The position numbers and the translations under genes are program-made. A stretch of DNA of 64,000 bases from NCBI RefSeq assembly GCF_009914755.1, contig NC_060929.1. The stretch is one strand, 5' to 3'. Below, one piece after another: positions 23,989 to 35,790 of the stretch; position 1 is the first letter of the stretch; each line of letters begins with the position of its first letter. The DNA is from the human T2T-CHM13v2.0 reference genome, Homo sapiens. The notes under the pieces were generated by a model. That model was given only the letters and a program-made list of their open reading frames with translations. It made no database searches and had not been told where the DNA came from.

Positions 23989-26320
23989 GGACTGAGGCAC
24001 CAACCTCTCCCTGTTATTCCTGGGCTGTTCTGGTTAGGATTGAGGTGATGTCAACATGGCAGGATTTCTGCACATGACTACAACTGGAGAAACAACCTAT
24101 TCAACACAAAATTGGGATGGCGAAGATGCAAAAGCGGCTTCAGATTGCCATGACTGGAGGTGAGAGATGTACATAGCAGTTTCTTTTCAGTTCAGCAGAT
24201 ATTTATTACCTGTCTCCTGTGAACTGGTGATAGGAAGAAATACCAGGGAATTTCATTTCCCAGATTTGGTGATGCATTTGCCTTTTTAAGGGACAGCAGC
24301 CCCCCTGGTCTTTGAATGATGTGGCCCAGGAGACAGCGAGGGGTGGCAAACATTTCCTTAGGAGTGGCCCTTTGCGAGGCAGTGCTGGAGGATGTTTCCA
24401 TGCTGTGCAGGAGTAAAGGCTCCCAGCCATCACTGAGCAGCAAGGCTGCGTGGATCTAAAGCGGGATGAGATGAGGTAAAAACATCCAAAATTGAAGTAA
24501 AATATTCGACAATGTACATATTCATGTGAGGAAAACATGGGGACGTGGAGAAAGAAGAGGAACAGAAACAGCAAACCTCCCAAAGCACACTTTTATAGAG
24601 CGATAAAATGAAACCTCAGTGTCTGTCACCATTCAAAGTGCCATAATTTTATCATCCTTCCCACGCAATGCTGTGCTATTTTGAGTTCTGTTATTTTTTT
24701 CCTCTCTCACCTCAGTATGCCCAAGATGTCTGACAAACGAACGTGTAAGAAATGCTTTATTTTTCTCAGCAAGGATGGAGAATTTATTATGAGATGCACA
24801 TCTCAGCGCATGCTGCCTCCTTCATGTCGTCATGCCCTGCCTGGCGATAGATTGCGGCTGAGAGCAGAAGGCCAATTAATTTGCCTGATACGGTATTGTG
24901 CCCAGAAACTGAAACCCTGTTGCTCTTTGCTAGTGATTCCTTTCCTTAGTCCCGGATCCAAGCAGAACAGAAGAATGCCAGCTACCCTTCTGCAAAGACA
25001 ATATACCTCCCTTCTCTCTTACACACAGTGTGCCAAAGAGTTCTATGCTTTGCTTTGTCTAGTTTCCTTTGTTAAAAAAACAAGAGCAAAACAAAACAAA
25101 AAACCCTTGGAACTCTCTTGAGGACAAGGAAGGAGAGCCAGAGGAAGTGGAAGCATTTGATGTTATCTTATTACCATCTGTTCACCTAAGTTTGATATTT
25201 ACTCAAATGAACAACTGAGAACCCATGTAAACCAGGAGACTGATGATCGTCCTCATTTATCCCACTCCTTCCCCCACTCCACTTTCTGACCAGGCCTCCT
25301 CTGTTTCAGGACCACTGAAACTGTAACACATGTGTGTATCTTCCCACTGTTGGCCAGGCCAAAGCTGCAGGCTAGGCTCAGGCAGGTCCTGGAGTTGCAT
25401 TGCTGCTCTACCTACGTTGTCCAGGCTTGTGAGGTGCCAGCACAAGTGAGGTCACCCTGTCTGCAATGCTGGGGCTGAAACGGCCCTGAATTGAGCATCA
25501 GAGGCCACGTTGTTATTAGAATTGTGTTTTCAGCAGAGGAACAAGCCATTAAACTTAAGGAGATAAAGCTGCTAGCCATCTCCAGCAGAGAGTGCATTCA
25601 CTGCAACTCACAGCTAGAGACATGGCCATAGACTTGTCAGCTTGAACAGCCAGCCATCTGCTAAGACCAAGTCATTTGTCTTTGCAACTTCATGACCCCT
25701 CACCTTAAAAAGGGAACTGAGCCAGTGTGAGGCATGGGCTTGGGTCTGTTCTAACTGTGATAATAAAAAGTTATGTTTCCCTGGGAAGGTTTTGAAGCCA
25801 CAGCAAAAAGGTGAGTACCTGGGTTTAATTCTCCATTGCTAGGTGCCCCCAATCCCCCTCATTTGTTCTAGCACCCCAAGCAGATGTTCTTACAACCTGC
25901 CATGCATGTGCTTCTCTGTGGGGGAGTCAGACCTAAATGAGTCCTATCATGCTTGGAAGATTTATTTTACAACATAAATACATTATCCCCTCTCTCCAAA
26001 CATGTTCAATCCTAGCTCACAATTCCCCTAAAACTCTTTTTGCTGGACATTTTACTGTTCGTGTAAGTGGCGTGCTTCTTTGTTACTTCTAAGACCACAT
26101 CATTTCTACCTGGAAAGCTCATCTGAGAGTTCCAGTTTCCCAAACCCACTCATTCTTAAGGTTGAGCACAAATACCATGTTCTCCCTGAAGCCTTGCCTG
26201 ACACCCCCGTGCCTCCATCCCCCTCCCCAGAGTATCACCTTCTCCTCTAGAGCTATAGCAATTTATTTTAGCCTGTTTTAGACATTGCATTCATTTCTGC
26301 GTCAATTAATGGTTGTCTAG

Positions 26321-26689
26321 TGATATGGTTAGGCTGTGTTGCCACCCAAATCTCATCTTGAATTGTAGCTCCCACAATTCCCTCATGTACTGGAATGAGG
26401 GACCCAGTGGGAGATAATTGAGTCATGGGGACAGATCCCTCATACAGTTCTCATGGTAGCGAATAAGTCTCACAAGATCTGATGGTTTTATAAGGAGTTT
26501 CCCCTTTTGCTTGGCTCTCATTGTCTCTTGCCTGCTGCCATGTAAGACATGCCTTTCACCTTCTGACATGATTGTGAGGCCTCCCCAGCCATGTGGAACT
26601 GTGAGTCCATTAAGCTTTTTTTTTTTTTAAAATAAATTACCCAGTCTCGGGTTATGTCTTTATCAGCACTGTGAAAACGGACTAATACA
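26321..26689 (+). mobile_element. MaLR solo LTR THE1 (THE1C-like)
   Basis: TGATATGGTT..CCACCCAAATCTCATCTTGAATTGTAGCTCCCAC..GTGAAAACGGACTAATACA; perfect TSD TCTAG at 26316-26320 and 26690-26694. Confidence 0.93.
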
Positions 26690-26699
26690 TCTAGCTTCA

Positions 26700-26925
26700 G
26701 AGTATAGTGGTCAAGTATATGGATTCTGGAGGCAACTTTCTGGGTACACACCCTGGCCTAGGCATTTATTGTGCATCACTTTCTTTGTCTGCAAGATGAA
26801 GATAATAACAGTAACTACCACATGGGACTGTTGTACAAATCAAATGAGTAAAACCAAGCTGAGTATGCAGAACAGAGACTGGCAGTGCTCAGCAATGTTA
26901 GTAGTGGTTATTACTATATTAAGTA
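26700..26925 (+). mobile_element. MIR SINE
   Basis: GTATAGTGGTCAAGTATATGGATTCTGGAG..TCTGCAAGATGAAGATAATAACAGTAACTACCA. Confidence 0.7.
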
Positions 26926-27199
26926 TTATTCTTATTATTAGATATTCTTTAAATTTGTAGATGGTAGGGGCTCATCTTGTCTGTCTTTGTGCTCTACCAC
27001 AGAGCACCTTGCATATTGATACATGTTTATAAAATAAATAAGTAGATAGCCAAATGATAAATAAGACTTCTATATTTTGCAAGTCAATCTAATTTTCCTC
27101 CATTAGTTTTGAGGTACAGGGAGCTTGCTAAAACCAATTTAAATTTCAGATGATACTATGACCACATTGTCTTAAATATAATACACCAGATGATCACCC

Positions 27200-27997
<798 letters not shown>

Positions 27998-30189
27998 CTT
28001 TCCATCTCAGAATGTCATCTCATGCTATCACTGCACAAAGGCAATACTGATACCCTCTCACTGGCATTATGTGGAGATGGCATAAAGCCAGTCCTGGCCC
28101 ACTAAGTCCGTTGCCCAAAGCAAACCTTCTAGCTATAGCCCAGTAATAAATAAATCACTGCTGGGCTTAGCCTATCTAGTAGTGTTGGCATCTGGCAATA
28201 TTGCCTGGCTCACTGTGTAGAGATTGGCCAGTTAGGCCAGAGGTGGAGTCTGGAAGTAGAAGTTCAAGATATGGGAGCACCTTAGGTCTAGGAAGGGCCT
28301 TGGAGAAGCCATGGAATTTTCATCGTAGACATAGTGTGATGCCTCACATTTTGGGGCTGTCCCTACACAAGTACTGAGGATCATTTTGTAAAAAGATCTA
28401 GTTGTTTCTCTTAAGCCTGGTCAGGTTTCTGTCCTACCTCTCTGGAATTCTAGGGCAGGTGGGAGAAAATGTGTTGATAGAAAAAGAAGGGAAAGGGGTA
28501 GGGTGCAGAGGGAGAGAAAGGGAGAATGCTGTTGTTGGAGTGTTGGAGAGGAATAATCACAGAAAATTACCAGGAAGCAAAAGAAGAGATTTCAATTTTG
28601 ATATATTTTTCTACTGTTGCTACCATGAACACAAGAACAATGGAACCTGTTTGAAATACCGATCAATTGAAGGAGGGTAAAGAAGGCATGCACCCAGAGA
28701 AGACAAGCTATGTAAGTGCTGGCCCAGACAGGCCAGTCTGCGGGGCAGAGTGCGGCTCTGGGTGGATGTGGGTGATGGAGGTGTCATGGAGCTGAGTTAT
28801 ACAGGGGGCACTCATAGTTCTTTTCTTTCTTGATGAAAAATTTGCAATTTTTACACCGTGGCAGAGCAAATGGAACTGTGACTTATGATTCACAATTTAT
28901 GTAGTTTGACACCTCTATCATGTTTCTTGAGGGCACAAAGCTTTATTGCACTCCAAGAAGCTGCAGAGGTGAAAGAAGGAACCGTGCCCACTTCATCTCT
29001 GAAGTCATGTTTATGGCAGGTGTTTGTTTATTTATTTAAATTCATTCATTCAACCAAAAAGCATTCTTTGAGCAGGGTTTGAGTCTGGGGTTGCTTACAG
29101 AACTATGCAGGAAAGAGCGTGGACTCATGAAGTCGACTCAGGAAGGGAAGTCTTGAATAAATTATGAGTCCGAATCCCACCCAGCAATAGCCTAGACATG
29201 ATTGTAATGCAGCATAGAATTTCTCTATTTTGTGATTTATTTGACTTCAGTTAATAAGCACCAGGGAAAAGCAAATGTGTGCGCTTCATGCTGAGATGAC
29301 TGTCTCTATGAGGGAATCCAAACAGAGCTCAAAGCAGCAGCGAGCCAGCCCAGAGGCTTCTTTTAGTCTGCTTTCAAACTTCTGAATACAGCAGATTTCT
29401 GTTGAAAACAAATATGATTACATTATTTTAAATAACTTGAGGACCAAGTAATATCTTGGCAGACTCAGTTGAGGTGTTAAGCACAAATGTCTCTCCAGCT
29501 AGCAATTAATTGCCACCCAGATCACGGGGGAAGTGGGGCTGCACGGAGGGGGCTGCTTCTGCGGCGGTATTGCCTGTGCGTAGAATCCAAGAAGGCAGTG
29601 TCCCTCGAGGTTTCAGGGCAAGGTGTGGCTGATGCCAGCCTGACTTCTCTTCCTGCTCAGCTGTGGCAGACAGAGGACAGTGGAAAGGGAATTGTGTCAG
29701 CAACTGAGCTGTGTGGCAGCCTGAATATTCCATGTGGTAATAACCTCCCTGGCCAGGCCCTTTGCTCCCTGGCATTGGAAATCAAGGTTGCATTGTGTTG
29801 GGAGCTCACAAGTTGGAGGCTCCATATTATGGGGGAGGGGTGCCAAGTCCCATATCATGGCCTGAGGTCATCCCAGATAATACTCTCTGTGATGGCCTAA
29901 AACTCCTCATCCATGATCCAGGGTCCCCTTCCTTGCCTGAGATAGTGTCAAAAAGGGCCCTCTCTCTGCCTAGCCAAGGCCACCTGCATTTCTTTAGGGC
30001 TGCAGAAATCCTGCTCACAGCCCAGCCCATAGAAGATCCCAGAACCCCCATGACCACCCTACCCCTAGCCCATCAACTAACATGACCCTCAGGAGGAACC
30101 AGACAATCCCAAGTAAAAGGTAGCTAGACTGTTTCTTATTTATTGGATGATAGACAAAGTTGGGAGTGCAAAATAGAGGGGATTCTGGC

Positions 30190-30925
30190 AATGTCTGTCT
30201 GCATTTTAGAGGAATTTACCCCGGACTTAGCAACCCCATTTCTGGGGATCTATTTACAGACATACCTGTGCATGTATTCAGTATGTAAAAGGCTATTCAA
30301 TGTGATATTATAATAGTCAAAGATTAGAATCAAACTGAGTACCCATTAATAAGGAACTGTTTAAGTAATGGTATGTCTACACAGTGGAATACTATGCTGC
30401 TATAAAAATTAACGAGGTAACTCTGGATGAATTGATATGGAAATATCTCTAGGATATCGTGTAAAGTGAAAAAAGCAAGGTGCAGGACAGCATATATTGT
30501 GTGCTGCTTTCTATAACAGTGTTTCTCAACCTTTTAAAAAATCATTATGACTTCCCTAAGAAGCCATTTTAAGACATTTTTCCTAATCCCCACCCTCCCA
30601 TGAAATTTTAATACCATGCATATTTGTTTATGTAGTATATGTGTAATGTGTATCTGTGATTTATACATAAAAAGAGTAAGAATTTTTCACTTCCAGAAAT
30701 CAATTATCACCATCTTGGGGGTGATATTACCCCCATTGAGAATGACTGTTCAATAAGAAAAGGAGAAAATAAGTATATTATATAACAAAATGGAAGGATA
30801 CATAAGAAATTAATAAAATGGAGGGGAGAGAATGAGGAGCTGAAGGCACACGTGTGAGCAAGATTTCTCTATGTATTCATTTTTATATGATTTTGGTTTT
30901 TCAACTATGCAAGTTCATTGCCTAT
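30190..30925 (+). mobile_element. Old L1M 3' region, interrupted by a hAT MITE
   Basis: TGGTATGTCTACACAGTGGAATACTATGCTGCTATAAAAAT..AAGTGAAAAAAGCAAG is typical of the L1M ORF2 end and 3'UTR. Confidence 0.75.
30517..30748. mobile_element. hAT-Charlie-type MITE (family uncertain)
   Basis: Terminal inverted repeats (TIRs) CAGTGTTTCTCAA..TTGAGAATGACTG; 8-bp TSD TTCTATAA/TTCAATAA. Confidence 0.75.
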
Positions 30926-31904
30926 TCAAAAAATTAAAGACATATAAATTCACTTTTTCTAAAATAAAGTGAACAAATAAAACAGACATCTGAGGAACTC
31001 CCAAACAAAACAAACAAGCAAAACCCGCAGCTCTATTAATGCTCTCCTTCAAACCATGCAGACCCCCTGCCCAGCTTGGAATCCACCTTCTGTTCACAGC
31101 TGTGCAACCCGACCACACCCAAGGAGGGGACCTCTGCTCTCTAACAAGAGTCCCCCCATGTTGATTTTTCAGCACCAAGGGAAGCTGAGAACACATCCTG
31201 CACTGTTAGAAGGGCTCCCCTGATGTGGGCTAGTTTGGAAGACCGTAGCCTGCGTTTTAAAATCATCAGGGTGTTTCAAAGCAGGAGGAAGAGGCTGCAA
31301 AGGAGCTGTGAGGAAGCGAGTGCCAGCCCTTCCGAGAGAACGGGAAATGAGGGAGGAACATGCTCGTGTCCTCTCTTCCTCCCAAGGGCACACACAGGCT
31401 CTCATTAGGGAGGGACTGGGATTCTGGTAGTGAGAGGTACAAGGGCAGAGATCCTGGGCCTGCTCAGATTGCATGTCATTCAAAGTCAGCTGGCCAAGTT
31501 GGCTTCCTCCAACAGAGAGTATTTCCTTTTTCCCGAGAGCGCACTCCAGAGGCGGAAAGGCCAGGCTGAAGGTTGATTAGTAGACCAGAAACTCCATTGT
31601 GGGATTAACAAAACAAAGCAAAACAAAACACTGGGGCTCACACTTCAATGTATCACCAACTTTAATTTGATTGTGTAATGAGGCATGATAAATAAGATTT
31701 GCATGATTGCACCCTTTCCTTTGCTTAAATATCAAACATTGCAATGAATATTTGGACTAAATGGTTGTCTTTGAAGTGAGTTTTGTTTTTAAAATGCTTC
31801 AATAAGTTACCTAGAGAGAAGAGAGTCAGCACATTTAAGTCAAGTCCCCCAAACTTCAATTTCGTCATCTGTAGAATGGGTATAATAATGGTTCACCATA
31901 ACTA

Positions 31905-32236
31905 CAGTTGGTCTCCTTCCATCCGGTATCTGTGGGTTCCAATTGTGCACTGAAAATATTTATTAAAAATGGATGGTTGCATCTGTAGTGAACATGTAAG
32001 ACTTTTTTTCCTTGTCATTATTCCCTGAACAATACAGTATAGTAATTGTTTACATTGCATTTACATTGTATTAAGTATTAGAGGTAATCTAGAGATGATT
32101 TAAAGTACATGGGAGGATGTGCGTGGTTTATATGCAAATACTATACCATTTTATATAAGGGACTTGAGCATGCATGGATTTTGGTATCCTCAGGCAGTTT
32201 TGAAATCAATTCCCCATGGTTACTGAGGGATGACTG
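31905..32236. mobile_element. MER2 (TcMar-Tigger)
   Basis: TA|CAGTTG..TACTGAGGGATGACTG|TA with TA TSD; internal CTTGTCATTATTCCCTGAACAATACAGTAT and GTAATCTAGAGATGATTTAAAGT match MER2. Confidence 0.88.
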
Positions 32237-33060
32237 TACATGAGAATGCTGCTGTAAAGAGTGAATGATATAAGAAATGTTTCATAAGAGTAAGATATTG
32301 TCATTGTTGACATTGCCATTTCTAGGAGGGGGTGGGAACTTTGCTTTTTAGAACTCCATAGATGACACTCAACAAACATGTTGAGCTGAATTGTTGAAAT
32401 AAATTGAAATCTTTCTGCTCCATTGAGGGAGATTCTAGAACAAATGTATCTCTTCAGTAACGTGAATTTGTTTCTCAACTTTAAAAAAATATGGAGAGAT
32501 ATCCACATGGATATCCACAGATACGCTGTATCTCCATGTGGAGGATTTAGATATCCAGGGGTTGCATGGAAAATGGCAGCTTTTATTAATGCTTTTGGTG
32601 CTGGATTTTATGCCCTGTTGCCACTATCTTTCTGTTGGGCCTCAGGGTTGTCACTTAAAAGTACTGTTTTCTCTCCTCTTTCCCTCCCTAGGTGTTGCTC
32701 TTCGGACCACACACTGGGAAATGCAATTTGTCTTAGGAAGCAGATTGTCTTTTTCCTGCTAGGCCACACCAACCCTGGGTTCTAGACTGTAAACACTGGG
32801 GTGCTTCTTTCAGAATTGCTTTGTCCTCTAGCATCATCATTTATATCTGAATTACCATCAAACCTGCCTACCCTACTACCTTGAGTTCATGGCAGAAGAT
32901 TCATAGCTTTTCTGTGTTAAATTAAATTTTAAAAATGCTTATGATAGAAAGAAGTTTTCAAATAAGCGTGTAAAATAAACGTGAAAGAAATAGAAATTAC
33001 TCATAATCCTACTACTTAGATATATAGAATGTTAATATCAGGTGTGTAGACATCTGTGTA

Positions 33061-33893
33061 CAGTCATGTGCTACATAATTATGTTTTGGTCAGTGACAGA
33101 TGGCATAAACAGGGTGATCCCATAAGATTATAATACTGTATTTTTACCATACCTTTTCTGTGTTTAGATATGTTTAAATACACAAATACATACCATTGTG
33201 TTACAACTGCCTACGGTATTCAGTGTGGTAACATGTTGTGTAGGTTTGTTGCCTGGGAGCAATGGGCTATACCATATAGCCTACGTATGTAGTAGGCTGT
33301 ACATCTAGGTTTGTGTCAGTATAGATGACCTTTGAACAACTTGGCTTTGAACTGCTCATGTCCACTTACAAACATGGATTTTTTTTTCAATAAATCTCTC
33401 CTGCCTCCCTTTCCACTTCCTCCACCTCTTCCATCTCTTCCATCTCTGCTATCCCTGAGACAGCAAGACCAATCCCCACTTCCTCCCCCTCCTCAGCCTA
33501 ATCCTTGTGAAGACTATGAGGATGGAGACCTATATGATAATCCACTTCCACTTAACGAATCGTGAATGCATTTTTTCTTTCTTATGATTATCTTAATAAC
33601 ATTTTCTTTTCTCTAGTTTACTTTGCTGTAAGAATACAGTATATAATACATGTAACCTACAACATATGTGTTAATTGATTGTTATTGGTAAGGCTTCTGG
33701 TCAACAGTAGGCTATTAGTAGCTAAGGTTTTGGGGAAGTCAAAACTTAGATGTGTATTTTCATGGGGGATTGGAGCCCCTAGCCCCTTCAGTGTTCAAGG
33801 GTTAACTGTACACTCTATGATGAACACAACAATGAAATCACGTAACAATGCATTTCTCAGAACATTTCTCCCTTGTTAAGAGACACTTGACTG
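33061..33893 (-). mobile_element. Tigger3a/MER7-type element, split by a nested Tigger2a
   Basis: CAGTCATG..CCCATAAGATTATAATACTGTATTTTTAC..CATCTAGGTTTGTGT-AGTA [insert] CACTCTATGATG..CATTTCTCAGAAC..TGACTG. Confidence 0.85.
33322..33808 (+). mobile_element. Tigger2a/MER28-type element nested at a TA site
   Basis: TIRs TAGATGACCTTTGAACA / TGTTCAAGGGTTAACTG with TA flanks; carries the acidic transposase-tail remnant EDYEDGDLYDNPLPLNE (ORF 33332-33565). Confidence 0.85.
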
Positions 33894-33899
33894 TGTTCA

Positions 33900-34012
33900 G
33901 TTATATATATACGTGAGTAGATATACATATATATGTGTGTATACATATTTATATGTATGTGGAGAGAAATATAATGTATGTTTATGTATGTGTATATATA
34001 TTTATGTGTGTA
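33900..34012. repeat. Degenerate (TA)/(TG) low-complexity tract
   Basis: Read directly. Confidence 0.8.
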
Positions 34013-34019
34013 TTTACTT

Positions 34020-34560
34020 ATTTTGCTTTTATATGCAAATAGGATCACACAACACATACTGTTTTGTGATATGCTCTGTGCCTTTAAAACAACTTGATAA
34101 TATGGCAAACAACTTTCCATATCAATAAATGTATTTCTTATCCATTGCTCTCAGCCTCCAAATTTAAAAATTTATTTTAATTTTTGACCAAGAGAAGCTG
34201 ATATAATGAATATCCTTGCACAAATTCTTTGTACAGACTCTTAATTCTTTCTTTAGGATAAGTCCTGAAAGGTAGATTTACCCACTGGGTTGAAAGTCTG
34301 CACATGATAGCAAATACAGAGCATACCCCAATTTGTACTCTTACCAGCAGTGTATGATGGTGCCCCTTTGCCAATTAGCATTGGCTTTTATCTTTTTATC
34401 TAATCTTGCCAACTTGTATTTTTTAACTTTCTTTGTATGTGTGTAGGAACTTATACATTTTCTCATTTTTTTTCTGCAACATGCTTAATATTGTCCATTT
34501 CAAGGAGGGTATTTGTTATTTTCTTGTAGATTTGTAAGATCTCTTTATTCTTAACACATG
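34020..34560 (-). mobile_element. Old L1M fragment
   Basis: T-rich; TTTCTTTAGGATAAGTCCTGAAAGG..CCAATTTGTACTCTTACCAGCAGTGTATGA is a typical antisense L1 ORF2 end. Confidence 0.65.
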
Positions 34561-34568
34561 TCAGTTGC

Positions 34569-34711
34569 TGTCTTAGTCGGCTCAGTCTGCTATTACAGAC
34601 CATAGACTGGTCTATGGTTTAAATTATAAGCCATATACTAGGTGGCTTATAAACAGTAGAAATATATATATTTATATTTATTTTAAATGTTAAGTATATA
34701 GATTTTAAAAA

Positions 34712-34792
<81 letters not shown>

Positions 34793-35062
34793 TTCTGGAG
34801 GCTGGGAAGTCCAAGAAGAAGGTGCTGGCAGATTGCTGTCTGGTGAAGGCCCACTTCCTGGTTCATGGGCAGCTGTCTTCTCCCTTGGTGGAAGGAATGA
34901 AGCAGCTCTCTGGGTTTCTTTTATAAGGGCACCAATCCCATTCATGAGGACACCACCCTCATGACCTAATCACCTCCTAAACGTCCCACCTCCTAATACC
35001 ATCACACTGGGGGTTAGGATTTCAACATGAAATTTGGGGGATATAACATTCAGTCTATAGTA
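34569..35062 (-). mobile_element. MaLR solo LTR, MLT1A-like
   Basis: TGTCTTAGTC..TTCTGGAGGCTGGGAAGTCCAAG..CTCATGACCTAATCACCTCC..AACATTCAGTCTATAG; perfect TSD GTTGC at 34564-34568 and 35063-35067. Confidence 0.9.
34719..34786. repeat. Pure (CA)34 microsatellite
   Basis: Read directly. Confidence 0.97.
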
Positions 35063-35552
35063 GTTGCCCAGTTTAGCACTCAGCATTGGCTATCCCTTCT
35101 GGCCTGTGTGTTCTGCATCCAGTCCAAGTACAACTACCAGACTAATTTTCGTAAAACTCTAACAAAAAGAGGCTGAATTTAAAAGCCTGCGATTTCCCCA
35201 TAGTTTCACCCAAAGTTTTCTCTATGTTGTTTATTGGATTGCATTTGCTTTCCCATCTCAACTCAACCAGAAATTTCATTTTTCCCAGCCAATTAAAGCA
35301 AGGTCATTCCTACCCCTAAGTTTCCAATTCAGTTGTTCCCATTTCTCAAGTTCTAGATCAAATATCACTTCTTCCAGGAAGTTTCTTTGATTTTTCCAGC
35401 TCTCATTGTTCTCCCTTTGCCCTTTGAGCTCCTGGAAAATTTGCTGTCTCTATCACATATTTTAGCAGTTTGGCTAAATATTATTTTATATAATTTGTTC
35501 ATTCATATGTATTTTTTCATTGATTGAAGAAGGACCCAAGGTTTTTTTTTGC

Positions 35553-35790
35553 ATTTTATTTATTTTTTAATTGACAAAATTGTATATATTTATGGTATGC
35601 AATATGGTGTTTTAAAATATGTATACATTGTAGAACAGCTAAATTGAGCTAAATAGTATATGCATTATGTCACATATTTAACATTTCTTTTGTAGTGAGA
35701 ACACCTCAAATCTACTGTCTTGGCTATTTTCAAGCGTACAATACATCATGATTAACTATAGTCACTATGTTGTATGATCAATCTCAAATC
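35553..35790 (-). mobile_element. L1MA 3' end fragment
   Basis: TTTTTAATTGACAAAATTGTATATATTTATGGT..GTGAGAACAC..AATCTACT..TTAACTATAGTCAC. Confidence 0.85.

Noticed and set aside
33332-33565. Pro-rich/acidic 77-aa ORF
   Set aside because: Remnant of the Tigger2 transposase tail within a non-autonomous element.
34619-34945. ORF with a CVCVCV run
   Set aside because: Translation of the (CA)n/(TG)n microsatellite.
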